Assembly: GCA_951406725.2 (NCBI GenBank)
Contig: OX597833.1
Coordinates: forward strand, 53,072,001-53,136,000
From: Octopus vulgaris
Taxonomy: Eukaryota
Reading direction: 5' to 3'
DNA length: 64,000 nucleotides
The stretch's first letter is position 1, and each line of letters opens with the position of its first letter. The notes beneath the pieces are model-generated. The model saw nothing but the letters and a program-made list of their open reading frames with translations. It was not told where the DNA came from and searched no databases. The translations under genes and the position numbers were made by a program. Shown piece after piece: positions 53,419 to 64,000 of the stretch.

Positions 53419-54572
53419 ATATAATTTTTAAATCGTCGAATTTTTTTAAAATATTCTAGACCACTGGTTTAAATTGATGTTAATTGATTGATACCAATTT
53501 CTACCCTCATTATTTAATTATATATATATCTATATACTTATATTTCGGGATGGTCATTTCTGTTTTTGATTTTTTGTTTGTTTGTTTTTGTTTGTTTTTT
53601 TGTTTTCCTGACAAGAAGAAAAAAATAAAAAATGACCATCCCAAAGTACAACGATGTCTATTTCAACGCACGATTTCCCATCAGGAACTTTGCAAAACAA
53701 ATTCATAAACGTGTGTGTGTGTGTGTATGTGTGTGTGTGTAATGAAAGCGAAATTCTATATATCGGTCTGGACCCCTGTATCTCAGCCTACATTTACTCT
53801 ACATGGGCATATTATACCTTCTTGTAATCAGAATGAACCTAGGATTGAAAATCTGGCCTGCATTTGGTTCTTGAACATCCAGCATTAGGATCTTATTTAA
53901 AAGCATTTGGGTTGCTATTTGTAGCAGGTAAAGCTTGGCTGATTCTCGCCATCTTGGTTGGTGTTTGTCAGATGACGTCAGAGATCAAGGGGGAGATAAA
54001 TTACATTCACTTCGTTAATTTTACGTCGAGATAAAAATTTTGGGATAAATTGGCCAACAGTTGGAATTCAACTTGGGACTGGAACAATAGAATGATTGCA
54101 TCACAGAATTAATTCTCATCCATCCTTACCCTCTGATCAAATGCCACTGGGGCATATAGTCATTATAGACGTATTACAGTCATACTATTTAGCTCACTTT
54201 CGTTTTGGGCTGCAGGCCCAATTAACCCCCCACGCCTGCAGAAACACGGAGTGCGGCTTTTAAGCTAGTATATAAATAAAACAGATTGCAGAAGTGAAGT
54301 GAGTGAATAGGTGTTTATTCTATTTGTTTACAGCTGTTTCATTATCTTGTTAGTTAAGTAAAAGACATTATATACATATTTACATATACATAGTTATACA
54401 TATAAATATATATGCGTCCATATACATATAAGTACGGAGTTGATGTTCTGAATTACAATGATTTGTTTGGATGATACGTTTGTTAGTTTAATTCTCAGTA
54501 CTCTTGATATATACAGGTGTACACATGCATATATATTTATTTGTATACATGTGAATGTCGATATAACATCTT

Positions 54573-54787
54573 TTGAGTTGTCCGGAAAGTTCGTGCCGAT
54601 TTTTAAAGGAAAGAAAAAGGTCAATAAATACTTGCCATTACATTTTTAATCAACCAAATATGAACTATTTTGTTGCACAATGCGTCTCCATCTTTTCTTT
54701 AACTTGAAAATACCTTCTTCCCAAAACTGAGCTGGTTTCATGGCAAAGAATTCATCAAGGTATCTTTTTACGTCATCCAAGGAATTG

Positions 54788-54788
<1 letters not shown>
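54573..54788 (-). pseudogene. mariner transposon 3' end (transposase C-terminus + probable TIR)
   Basis: NSLDDVKRYLDEFFAMKPAQFWEEGIFKLKKRWRRIVQQNSSYLVD*; TIR-like GAGTTGTCCGGAAAGTTCGTGCCGAT. Confidence 0.88.
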
Positions 54789-54879
<91 letters not shown>

Positions 54880-55186
54880 TTACGTGTGTATGTGGCATAC
54901 GTTTCTTCGCTAATTCAATTTTTTTATAGTTCGGTATCATACGTGGTTCGTGCCCGATGACTACGTGTGAGATATTTCTCAACATATGAACTATTAGGAG
55001 CACTTAAAGACATGTATTGTGTCCTTTAAACAAATAATATTTATCCCTCACCAGACAGAGTATTTTTTCTATCACGGAACAGTACATCATATATATGTGT
55101 GTGTTCGTGTATGTATGTACACGCACACACACATACGTATATGTTTACATACACATACGTTACATGTATATATATATGCATTATGC

Positions 55187-55219
<33 letters not shown>

Positions 55220-55389
55220 TGTATGCATTTATATTTTATTTATTTTCCTGTAAAGTGCCGGTCTGGATAATGATGGATGAGGAAAATCTAATCCCCAGAG
55301 TGTTTCCTACACCGTTATAACATTGTAACATGGAAAGATATATGTCTGCCCGATCAGAAGCTGACCGGGGAGAGAATAAAATAACAATA

Positions 55390-55405
55390 ACGACTACTAC
55401 TACTG

Positions 55406-55481
<76 letters not shown>

Positions 55482-55719
55482 CACCACCACCACCACCACC
55501 ACCACCACCATCACCACCATCACCACCATCACCACCATCACCACCACCACTGCTGCTGCTGCTACTACTACCACCACCACTACTACTGCTGCTGCTGCTA
55601 CTTCTACTACTACTACTACTACCACCACCACCACCACCACCACCACCATCACCACCACCACTGCTGCTGCTGCTGCTAATACTACTACTACTACTACTAC
55701 TGCTTCTACTACCACTACA

Positions 55720-55756
<37 letters not shown>

Positions 55757-55762
55757 TTACTT

Positions 55763-55821
<59 letters not shown>

Positions 55822-55858
55822 GCTAATGCTGCTGCTGCTGCTGCTGCTGCTACTTCTA
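55390..55858. repeat. (ACT)n/(ACC)n/(GCT)n compound trinucleotide tract
   Basis: Read directly. Confidence 0.95.
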
Positions 55859-56279
55859 CAGAATACAACCGTCAAGAGACCTGATGCAGTTACTTATGTC
55901 AACAACCTGAAGTCACTTGGCACAGAACTGGGAAACGGGAACGAAAATCCAAAAAAAAAACAAGAATTAAAGGCCAACCAGAGACAAACCGTAAAGCAAT
56001 ATGTGCATATACAATATTTAGAGCATGTACGAGATACCATTCTACTAATTATTGATGTCGTCGTCATCGTTGTTGTTGTTTTTGTTGTTGTTGTTGTTTT
56101 TGTTGTTGTTGTTGTTGTTGATTATTCCCAGGTCAATCATTGCGCAGAAGGCTTATAATAAAATGCATTCTAGCTACAACCATCCTGTCTTCTCTTTTTG
56201 TGGACTGCGTATAGGACAACGTTATTCCATGTGTGCAGCCCTTACGAGGTGTTATCAGAAAGTATATAGAGTTGCATTA

Positions 56280-56525
56280 AAGGCGGCGAGCTGGCAGAAT
56301 CGTTAACCCGACGGGCGAAATGCTTAGCGGTATTTCGTCTGCGTTACGTTGTGAGTTCAAATTCCGCCGAGGTCGACTTTGCCTTTCATCCTTTCGGGGC
56401 CGATAAATTAAGTACCAGTTACGCACTGGGGTCGATATAATCGACTTAATCCGTTTGTCTATTCTTGTTTGTCCTCTCTGTGTTTAGCCCCTTGTGGGTA
56501 GTAAAGAAATTGGTATTTCGTCTGC
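56280..56525 (+). mobile_element. SINE family A
   Basis: Full match plus the start of a second unit. Confidence 0.9.
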
Positions 56526-56787
56526 ATATGCTACGGTTGTACGGTTCAAAGGAAATGCATGCACAGCTGACGATCGTCGGTAACTGGCTTAGTGGGTTAG
56601 TCTACAGACAGGTTTTATGCGTAGCTATTTGTGCTCTGTTGTTATGCAAGGTTTTGCAACACTTTTTAGGAACTGCTCTGCGATGGACGACAAATTAGAG
56701 TGACGTACATGCACCAAACTTTGTATGAAGATAGTTAAATCTGTAACTGTGACCCTCGAAATGCTTTCATGAGGCTTTCAGTGAAGG

Positions 56788-57098
56788 TTTTGTTGTTGTT
56801 TGTTCCTTCTCAAGTCATGTCTGGCTCATTAGGACCAGTTTCCCGGTTTCCTTGGCGAATAGGTTCCCCACCTGGACGGGACGCCGGTCCGTCGCAGGTG
56901 AGCTGTAAGATGCAGGAGGAAAGAGTGAGAGAAAATTATGGCGAAAGAGTTAGCAGAAGTTCGCCATTACCTTCTGCCGGAGCCGCGTGGAGCTTAGGTA
57001 TTTCACTCATAAACACACACATCGCCCCGTCTGAGATTCGAAACCGCGATCCCTCCACCGCGAGTCCGCTGTTCTAACCACTAGACCATGTGCTTCCA
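56788..57098 (-). mobile_element. SINE family C head with V-domain-like tail
   Basis: Head as at 32591; tail CCTGCGACGGACCGGCGTCCCGTCCAGG...(AAC)n. Confidence 0.8.
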
Positions 57099-57948
57099 CT
57101 TTTCAGTAAAGGTCTTTTAGTTCGAACACAAGTTTTCAGTGCTATCTTCGTCTCAACGCCAACCGTCACTCAGTTCCAGGTAATGAGAGTTTCAGGCATA
57201 CAATCATTTGCAATATACCAGAAAATATGTAAAGGGAAATCCCAGCACTGTCTCAGAAGCGCAAGATATAAAACCACGGCTGAGAGTTTTTCATTACGAC
57301 ACATGTTCAAAGCCTTCCTCAGCAGTAACTCCGATAAGCCTTCCCCAACAGAAACTACGTGAATTTATCTATGAATGCCATCATCGAACAAGCCATCAGC
57401 TGTCTCAGATAAATGGAATAGGATATGTGGAGCTGAGCAGGAGATTCTAAATTTTCAGCGAATTTTGGTGTCATAGTTCTTACCACTCGATCAAAAAAAC
57501 AGCGACGACATTTTGTCGTCTGCTTCGTTTGAACTTCTCGAGAAGCTATCCATCGATTATAAAGTTTGTTCCATTATGTCAAAAGGTAACTTAGCAATTT
57601 GATTAGTAGAATTAAACCAAATAAACAGCAAACAGAATTAAATACAGGGATCGATACGATAGACTAATACCCTTTCGTACACATGAACAGTCATATACGT
57701 GCACACACACAGACACACACACACACATGCGCGCACACACACACACATGTACATACGAACTTAATTTCAAGAAGTAGATAAATACAGTAAGAACGTTGGT
57801 ACTCCAGCATGGCCACATATCAATGACTAATTTGTATCACTTATGAATTGTCTGTCACGTTCATTTTTAGGTACATGTTTTGTAATACTTACAATCGGGT
57901 TTCGACTCTCAGTTAAAGCCATTTAACTTGTGTGCCGTTTTAGTACTG

Positions 57949-57994
<46 letters not shown>

Positions 57995-57998
57995 TATA

Positions 57999-58400
57999 CT
58001 AGCAGTATCGCCCGGCGTTGCTCATGTTTGTTTCGACCCTTTAGAATTGGAATATTTGAAAAGTAAAAATTTTGCATTATGTAACTTGTTGTTCTCTTTA
58101 AGTGAACATTTTTCTGGTTGAAATACACCGAAAAATGGCGACACAACAGTCAAAAAATCGTAAAAAGTAGGGATTTTCATAGAAAAAAAAGCACCTTTTT
58201 GATGTAAATAATTTTTGGTGTTAACATGGTCCGATTTGAATGTTTTCTTCTGCTGAAGGAAGAACAAGCCTTCTTCTATCATACACTCAATTTTGGTCAA
58301 CTTGCGCCGCAGGGTCTCGGAGGAGATAGTGTTAGTTGAAGGCTACCAAACCTGCCATACACAAACAACTTCAGCTTTATATATATATATATATATATAT
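57999..58400 (-). mobile_element. Non-autonomous Helitron (family 2)
   Basis: Reverse complement of 16370-16758; 5' end merges into (TA)n. Confidence 0.85.
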
Positions 58401-58781
58401 TGTCATAAAGACTGCACAAATCTGTTAGAACCGTCAGTGCAGTTTTAGGGTTTCCTTTTCTCCTTTTCGTACGGGTGGCCATTCTTTCTGTGGGGTCCTG
58501 ACATATGTATATTAGATTGTTTCTGTGCGTTGTTGAATTTACATTAACTTGGAATGTCACGGGATAGTGGTGTGGTTGTTAGGATTATGACAAAGCCATA
58601 AAAATATAATTTTAGCCTTCACACACATACACACACACTTGATTCTTGCATGTACATAAATACATCGAGATGCTGATAGGGAAACGAATTATCACATACA
58701 TCTATACATGCAAATACGAACAGCTGAGCATTGGTTTTTACACATTTTTTATACATTATTTGAATATTCAAACTCTATTTT

Positions 58782-59100
58782 AAGGCGGCGAGCTGGCAGA
58801 AACGTTAGCACGTCGGGCGAAATGCGTAGTCGTATTTCGTCTGCCGTTACGTTCTGAGATCAAATTCCGCCGAGGTCGACTTTGCCTTTCATCCTTTCGG
58901 TGTCGATAAAATAAGTACCGGTTACGCACTGGGGTCGATATAATCGACTTAATCCGTTTGTTTGTCCTTGTTTGTCCTCTCTGTGTTTAGCCCCTTGTGG
59001 GTAGTAAAGAAATAGGTATTTCGTCTGCCGCTACGTTCTGAGTTCAAATTCCACCGAGGTCGACTTTGCCTTTCATCCTTTCGGTGTCGATTAAATAAGT
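58782..59100 (+). mobile_element. SINE family A plus partial second unit
   Basis: Family match. Confidence 0.9.
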
Positions 59101-59357
59101 ATATCCGTGTACTGTTTGCAGCAGTGTATCTATTTATCCTCTTTACCGTTCAGCTTGAAATCATTCATATACAAAAGATTGTTAACTGCCCTACCATGAT
59201 ACCTGTGTCCGAATTTAGTCTGGTTCAAACAAAACTGGTTACAAATGTTAATACCAAGAAGAAAAGAAGCTTAAAGAAGGAAGTTACTTCAAAATATTCC
59301 ACTTCTGAGAGACATGTCCTTTTACATATAATCCCCTCGCTTGCCTATATTAGTCTG

Positions 59358-59591
59358 TTTACTCTCTTTTACTTGTTTCAGTCATGTGACTGCGGCCATG
59401 CTGGAGCACCGCCTTTAGTCGAGCAAATCGACCCCAGGAATTATTCTTTGTAAGCCTAGTACTTATTCTATCGATCTCTTTTGCCGAACCGCTAAGTTAC
59501 GGGGACGTAAACACACCAGCATTGGTTGTCAAACGATGTTGGGGAACAAAGACACACAAATACACACACACACAATCACACACACACACAT

Positions 59592-59640
<49 letters not shown>

Positions 59641-59805
59641 CACGATGGACTCTTTCAGTTTCCATCTACCAAATTCACTCACAAAGCTTTGATCGACCCA
59701 AGGCCATAGTAGAGGACACTTGCCCAAAGTGCCACACAGTGGGACTGAAACCGGAACCATGTGGTTGGTGAGCAAGCTACTTACCACACAGCCACTCCTG
59801 TGCCT
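59358..59805 (-). mobile_element. SINE family B
   Basis: Head-to-tail match. Confidence 0.88.
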
Positions 59806-60490
59806 ATATCTACAGAAATGTTCACCATTTATTATTGACGTAGTTAATATGCCTTCAAGGTCCAAGTATAGGGAGCATTGTCAGTAGCACTCTGTCATTC
59901 GATCTATACAATGATCAGATCCTTCTTTTTATGTGTATAATCTTCGATGATCACGGTTTTGTCGTTAATCGGTAATTAATCTTTATGGCTATTCCAGCCT
60001 TTACAACATTTCTTCTGATCTTTTGAGAAAAGAAAGTCACACAAAAAAAAGGAAAAAAATGGAATTAAGAAAGAAATTTAACCTAAGAATTGAGAATCTT
60101 AGTGACAAAAAATTTTTCATGACCCGTTTTATTTTTTACTTTCTGTTTCGTTAAATATTTATAGTTTGTTTTTATAACAATTTTTTTTCACTCAGACCAA
60201 ATTCTAAAAGAAATGGATGCTTCAGTTAGTTTATTGTTAGATTTTCGAAGAATATTTCTTAAATCGTTGCTTGCTATTGGCACATGACAGCTGACGTGTG
60301 GATAACACAGCTGTCATGATCTGTTTGTTGCGCGAGTAAAAGAATATATGCTAACGTAGCATAGAGTGTATATAAATGTGTGTGTGTGTGTGTGTGTTTA
60401 TGTGTTTGCATGTGTATTGTATAGCTCTGTAAACTACATGGAGGTATACGTTACACAAATGCAGAGAATTTCTCAATATTACGTACGTCT

Positions 60491-61110
60491 AAGGCGGCGA
60501 GTTGGCAAGAAACGTTAGCACGCCGGGCGAGATACGTAGCCGTATTTCGTCTGCCGTTACGTTCTGAGTTCAAATTCCGCCGAGGTCGACTTTGCCTTTC
60601 ATCCTTTCGGGGTCGATAAATTAAGTACCAGCTACGCACTGGGGTCGATGTAATCGGCTTAATCCGTTTGTCTGTCCTTGTTTGTCCCCTCTGTGTTTAG
60701 CCCCTTGTGGGTAGTAAAGAAATAGGTATTTCATCTGCCGCTACGTTCTGAGTTCAAATTCCGCCGAGGTCGACTTTGCCTTTCATCCTTTCGGGGTCGA
60801 TAAATTAATTACCAGTTACGCACTGGGATCGATGTAATCGACTTAATGTCTTTGTCTGTCCTTGTTTGTCCCCTCTATGTTTAGCCCCTTGTAGGCAATA
60901 CAGAAATAAGAAACGTTAGCACGCTGGGGAAATTCTTAGCGGTATTTCGTCTGTCTTTACGTTCTGAGTTCAAATTCCGCCGAGGTTGACTTTACCTTTC
61001 ATCCTTTCTGAGTCGATAAATTAAGTACCAGTTGCATACTGGAGTCGATGGAATCGACTGGCTTCCTCCCCCAAAATTGTGGGCCTTGCGCCTAGAGTAT
61101 GAAAGAATAT
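60491..61110 (+). mobile_element. SINE family A trimer
   Basis: Head followed by three tandem body units; the last has an alternative tail. Confidence 0.9.
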
Positions 61111-61480
61111 TGCGAATGTCTAATTCTAAGTGAGCACTTTTTCCTAGGGTGTATGCATAGTGGTTCGTATATGAATGCGGATTACAATGGTTCGATCATA
61201 TATATGTTCTTTTTTATGCTTTGGTTGTTTTAGTCAGATCACTCAGCTGTAGAAATGAGTCGCAGTGTTACTGGTGCCAAGCAGTCGAACGTATCGACCC
61301 CAGGAATGATTTTTTTTTAAAGCATGTTACTTATTCTGTCGGTCTCATTTGCCCAGCCACTAAGTTACAGGGACGTAAACACACCAGCACCGGTTGTCAA
61401 GCGGTTGGTGTGGAACAAACTCTGACGCAAAGACACACAAGCACACACACGCATATATACATACATACACATAAACACAA

Positions 61481-61548
<68 letters not shown>

Positions 61549-62183
61549 TTTTAAAAAAGTTTTTTAGCTGCTATTTCTAATGAGTTCAGTATGCGGCAAA
61601 GTAATTTATTTTACTAAGCCCTTTTATATATTGTAATAATTTGAATTCGCCTTAAATGGTCCCTTTGCATACTGAACACTTGGTGAAATTAATTAATAAT
61701 TAATTAATTTTACCCTCAATTGTTGAAATTATAATTAATCTCCCTCTAATTAATGCTTCGGATTTTACCGAAATAAGCAGAGTGTTTGTTGATTTTAACC
61801 CACGCTGGTGGAAAGGGGAGAGCAGAAATTCTTCGCTTGCATGTTTGAGTTTGTTGGCACTGTTAGTTACGAGCAGAACTTCGAAAGCGATGAGAGGCCG
61901 AAAGAGTATGCTCTCACTTTCAGTGTTTTCAAATCCAAACCAAGGAGTTTCTGAGCTGATGATAGAAGTGTTGTGATGACTAATCTTGAAACGTACGTTC
62001 TCAAATAACCTTTGCATTTGATTTTTTGATGTCCTTACCCCCAAACTTTCGTGAGTTGAGTTGACCAAACACTATATGAGAGATTTTCTTTAAGTATTAG
62101 AAATGGTTTTTAAAAAAGTTTTTTAGCTGCTATTTCTAATGAGTTCAGTATGCGGCAAAGTAATTTATTTTACTAAGCCCTTT

Positions 62184-62191
<8 letters not shown>
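61549..62191 (+). mobile_element. Retrozyme-like element: 559-bp monomer + 84-bp identical terminal direct repeat, inserted in the (TA)n of a SINE B
   Basis: 61549-61632 = 62108-62191; internal hammerhead; long G-U-containing stems; SINE B halves at ~61260-61547 and 62192-62367. Confidence 0.85.
61952..62003 (+). ncRNA. Type I hammerhead ribozyme
   Basis: TGAG-CTGATGA-[TAGAAGT...ACTAATCTT]-GAA-ACGTACGT-T-CTCA; predicted cleavage after 61999. Confidence 0.8.
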
Positions 62192-62244
<53 letters not shown>

Positions 62245-63108
62245 CAACGAGCTTCTTTCAGTTTCTTTCTACCAAATCTGCTCACAAGGCTTTGGTCGGC
62301 CCGATGCGAAGACACCCAGCCAATGTGCCAGTTGGACTAAACCTTGAACCTTACCACACAGCCATTCTGTAGCTTTTAATCCCAATGACAATATAACATA
62401 GCCACCAAGGGATCCCTTGGCCGTGTGTCGGCTTACCAACCCCACAAACACAGATCATTTCACGGTGTAAACTACCAATACCTCAGTAGACTATACGCTA
62501 AGTAGCACCCATTTTCGTATTTTAATACCGACCTTCTAACGATTCCGCCATAAAATTAGAAATGGCTCACGGAGAGACTTGACGAATATGTTACAATTAT
62601 TAAATAAGACATCACAGTTTTTGCCCTGTATTGTCTTACATTCACAACGCCCAACCAACTGAGTCATTTTCTGGAAATCTCGTACATCGACCAAGTTTAA
62701 CTAGTTAACAATGAATTATTTTGTTTTACTGATTTTCATCTTAAATTTAGTATTTATTAAAAGAATATTTGTTTTGTCTTTGCTTATACAGAAAACATGC
62801 TTTTCACACGTTTTTTTTGTTTTTCTTCTGCTTGCTTTAGTTTATTTCTAAATGGATTTTTTTGTTTAGGCAAAAACAAATTTTGTTGATATTTAACAAA
62901 ATCGTGTCAACAAGAACAATTTGAAATATGAAAAAAAAAAAAAAAAAAAAATAGATAACGCATTTTTGTTCTTTTTTTTTTTTCTTGAAGGAAAAAAATA
63001 ACAAGCAAACAAGCAAACAGACAAAATACTCTTATCGGAATTCATATTTTAAAGTTAGAAAAAGTATTTATAATTAAAAAATAACAAAACTATATTAATA
63101 TAACATAA

Positions 63109-63517
63109 CTAGCAGTATCGCCCGGCGTTGCTCGGGTTTGTAAGGGAAATAACTACATAAGCATTTTTAGAGAGTTATAGCCAAAAAATAGGAAAAAAAT
63201 AGCAAAAAAATGCATTAAAAATGGAAAAAAAATTATGGTAAATTTTTTTTTAAATCGTTGACTCATCGTAGACATTTTTAGAGAGTTACTTCCCTTATAT
63301 AATAGCGAAAAAAATGCATTAAAATGGGAAAAAATTATGGGAATTTTTTTTTAAATCGTAGACTCATCGTAGACGCGCGCTAATACCCAGAAGGGCTCGA
63401 TATGAATCACGACTATAAGATACCCGGTTTTGGTTAAACTGCACCGCAAAATGTGGGAGTAGTTAGGAATCTAAATCGTAGGAGACAGACACACAACTTG
63501 ACTTTTATATATAAAGA
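63109..63517 (-). mobile_element. Non-autonomous Helitron (family 3)
   Basis: Reverse complement of 48148-48545 with intact termini. Confidence 0.9.
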
Positions 63518-63569
63518 TGACTTTCGGCTAAGAGTAGTCGTTGATGAGAGCGTTCATTTTATCTTTTAG

Positions 63570-63796
63570 CTTTAATCTTTCACTCGTTTCAATCATTGGA
63601 CTGTGGCCATGCTGGAGCACCAGGTTGAAGGGTTTAATCGAACATATCGACCCCGTTACTCGTGTTTTATAAGACTGGTACTTTTTCTGTCGTTCTCGTT
63701 CACCGAACCGCTTACTTACGAGGACGTAAACAAGTCAACACCGGTTTTCAAAAGATAGTGAACGACAAACACAATACAAACGCACGCACATACGTG

Positions 63797-63868
<72 letters not shown>

Positions 63869-63918
63869 TATATATATACATCTATCTATCTATCTATCTA
63901 TCTATATATGTATATGTA

Positions 63919-63977
<59 letters not shown>

Positions 63978-64000
63978 GACAGGCTTCCTCACAGTCTTCG
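63570..64000 (-). mobile_element. SINE family B, diverged, runs off the window
   Basis: Tail and body match; expanded internal microsatellite. Confidence 0.8.

Noticed and set aside
53970-54300. TGACGTCA plus TATATAAA as a promoter; AAGATGGCCGCC at ~4827 as a YY1-like start
   Set aside because: Short motifs expected by chance; no downstream exon can be supported
55330-55884. 184-aa Thr/Ala-rich mucin-like ORF with ATG start
   Set aside because: Compound trinucleotide tract open in several frames on both strands; no domain, signal peptide or splice support
61888-61915. Second hammerhead-like word CGATGA-GAGGCC-GAAAG in the 559-bp element
   Set aside because: Core lacks CUGA, and stems II and III do not pair
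61700-62068. 122-aa minus-strand ORF inside the 559-bp element
   Set aside because: Non-ATG start, no recognisable motif, antisense to the hammerhead; worth revisiting only if conserved across copies

Overview
Eukaryotic, repeat-saturated, gene-empty (intergenic or intronic) animal DNA. The SINE repertoire and microsatellite load look like an octopus genome (inferred from recall, not verified). No intact host gene is supported: nearly all ORFs are microsatellite or SINE translations. Contents: dozens of tRNA-derived SINEs in several modular families; a 420-445 bp MITE with GG termini, 8-bp TSDs (Merlin-like) and internal TTAGGG repeats; six non-autonomous Helitrons; decayed RTE LINE, Tc1, mariner and two Penelope GIY-YIG fragments; a 19 x 92-bp satellite with higher-order structure; and a tRNA-Asp pseudogene. 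The most notable signal is a set of small non-coding, highly structured elements built as one monomer plus a partial terminal repeat (559, 337 and 332 bp) carrying type I hammerhead ribozymes, i.e. retrozyme/circular-RNA-like elements. One has a compensatory U3-A8 core. There are also several minimal Penelope-type hammerheads and one hammerhead-like motif with non-canonical strand order; most of these elements sit in (TA)n tracts. All alignments and folds were done by eye, and boundaries of decayed repeats are approximate.
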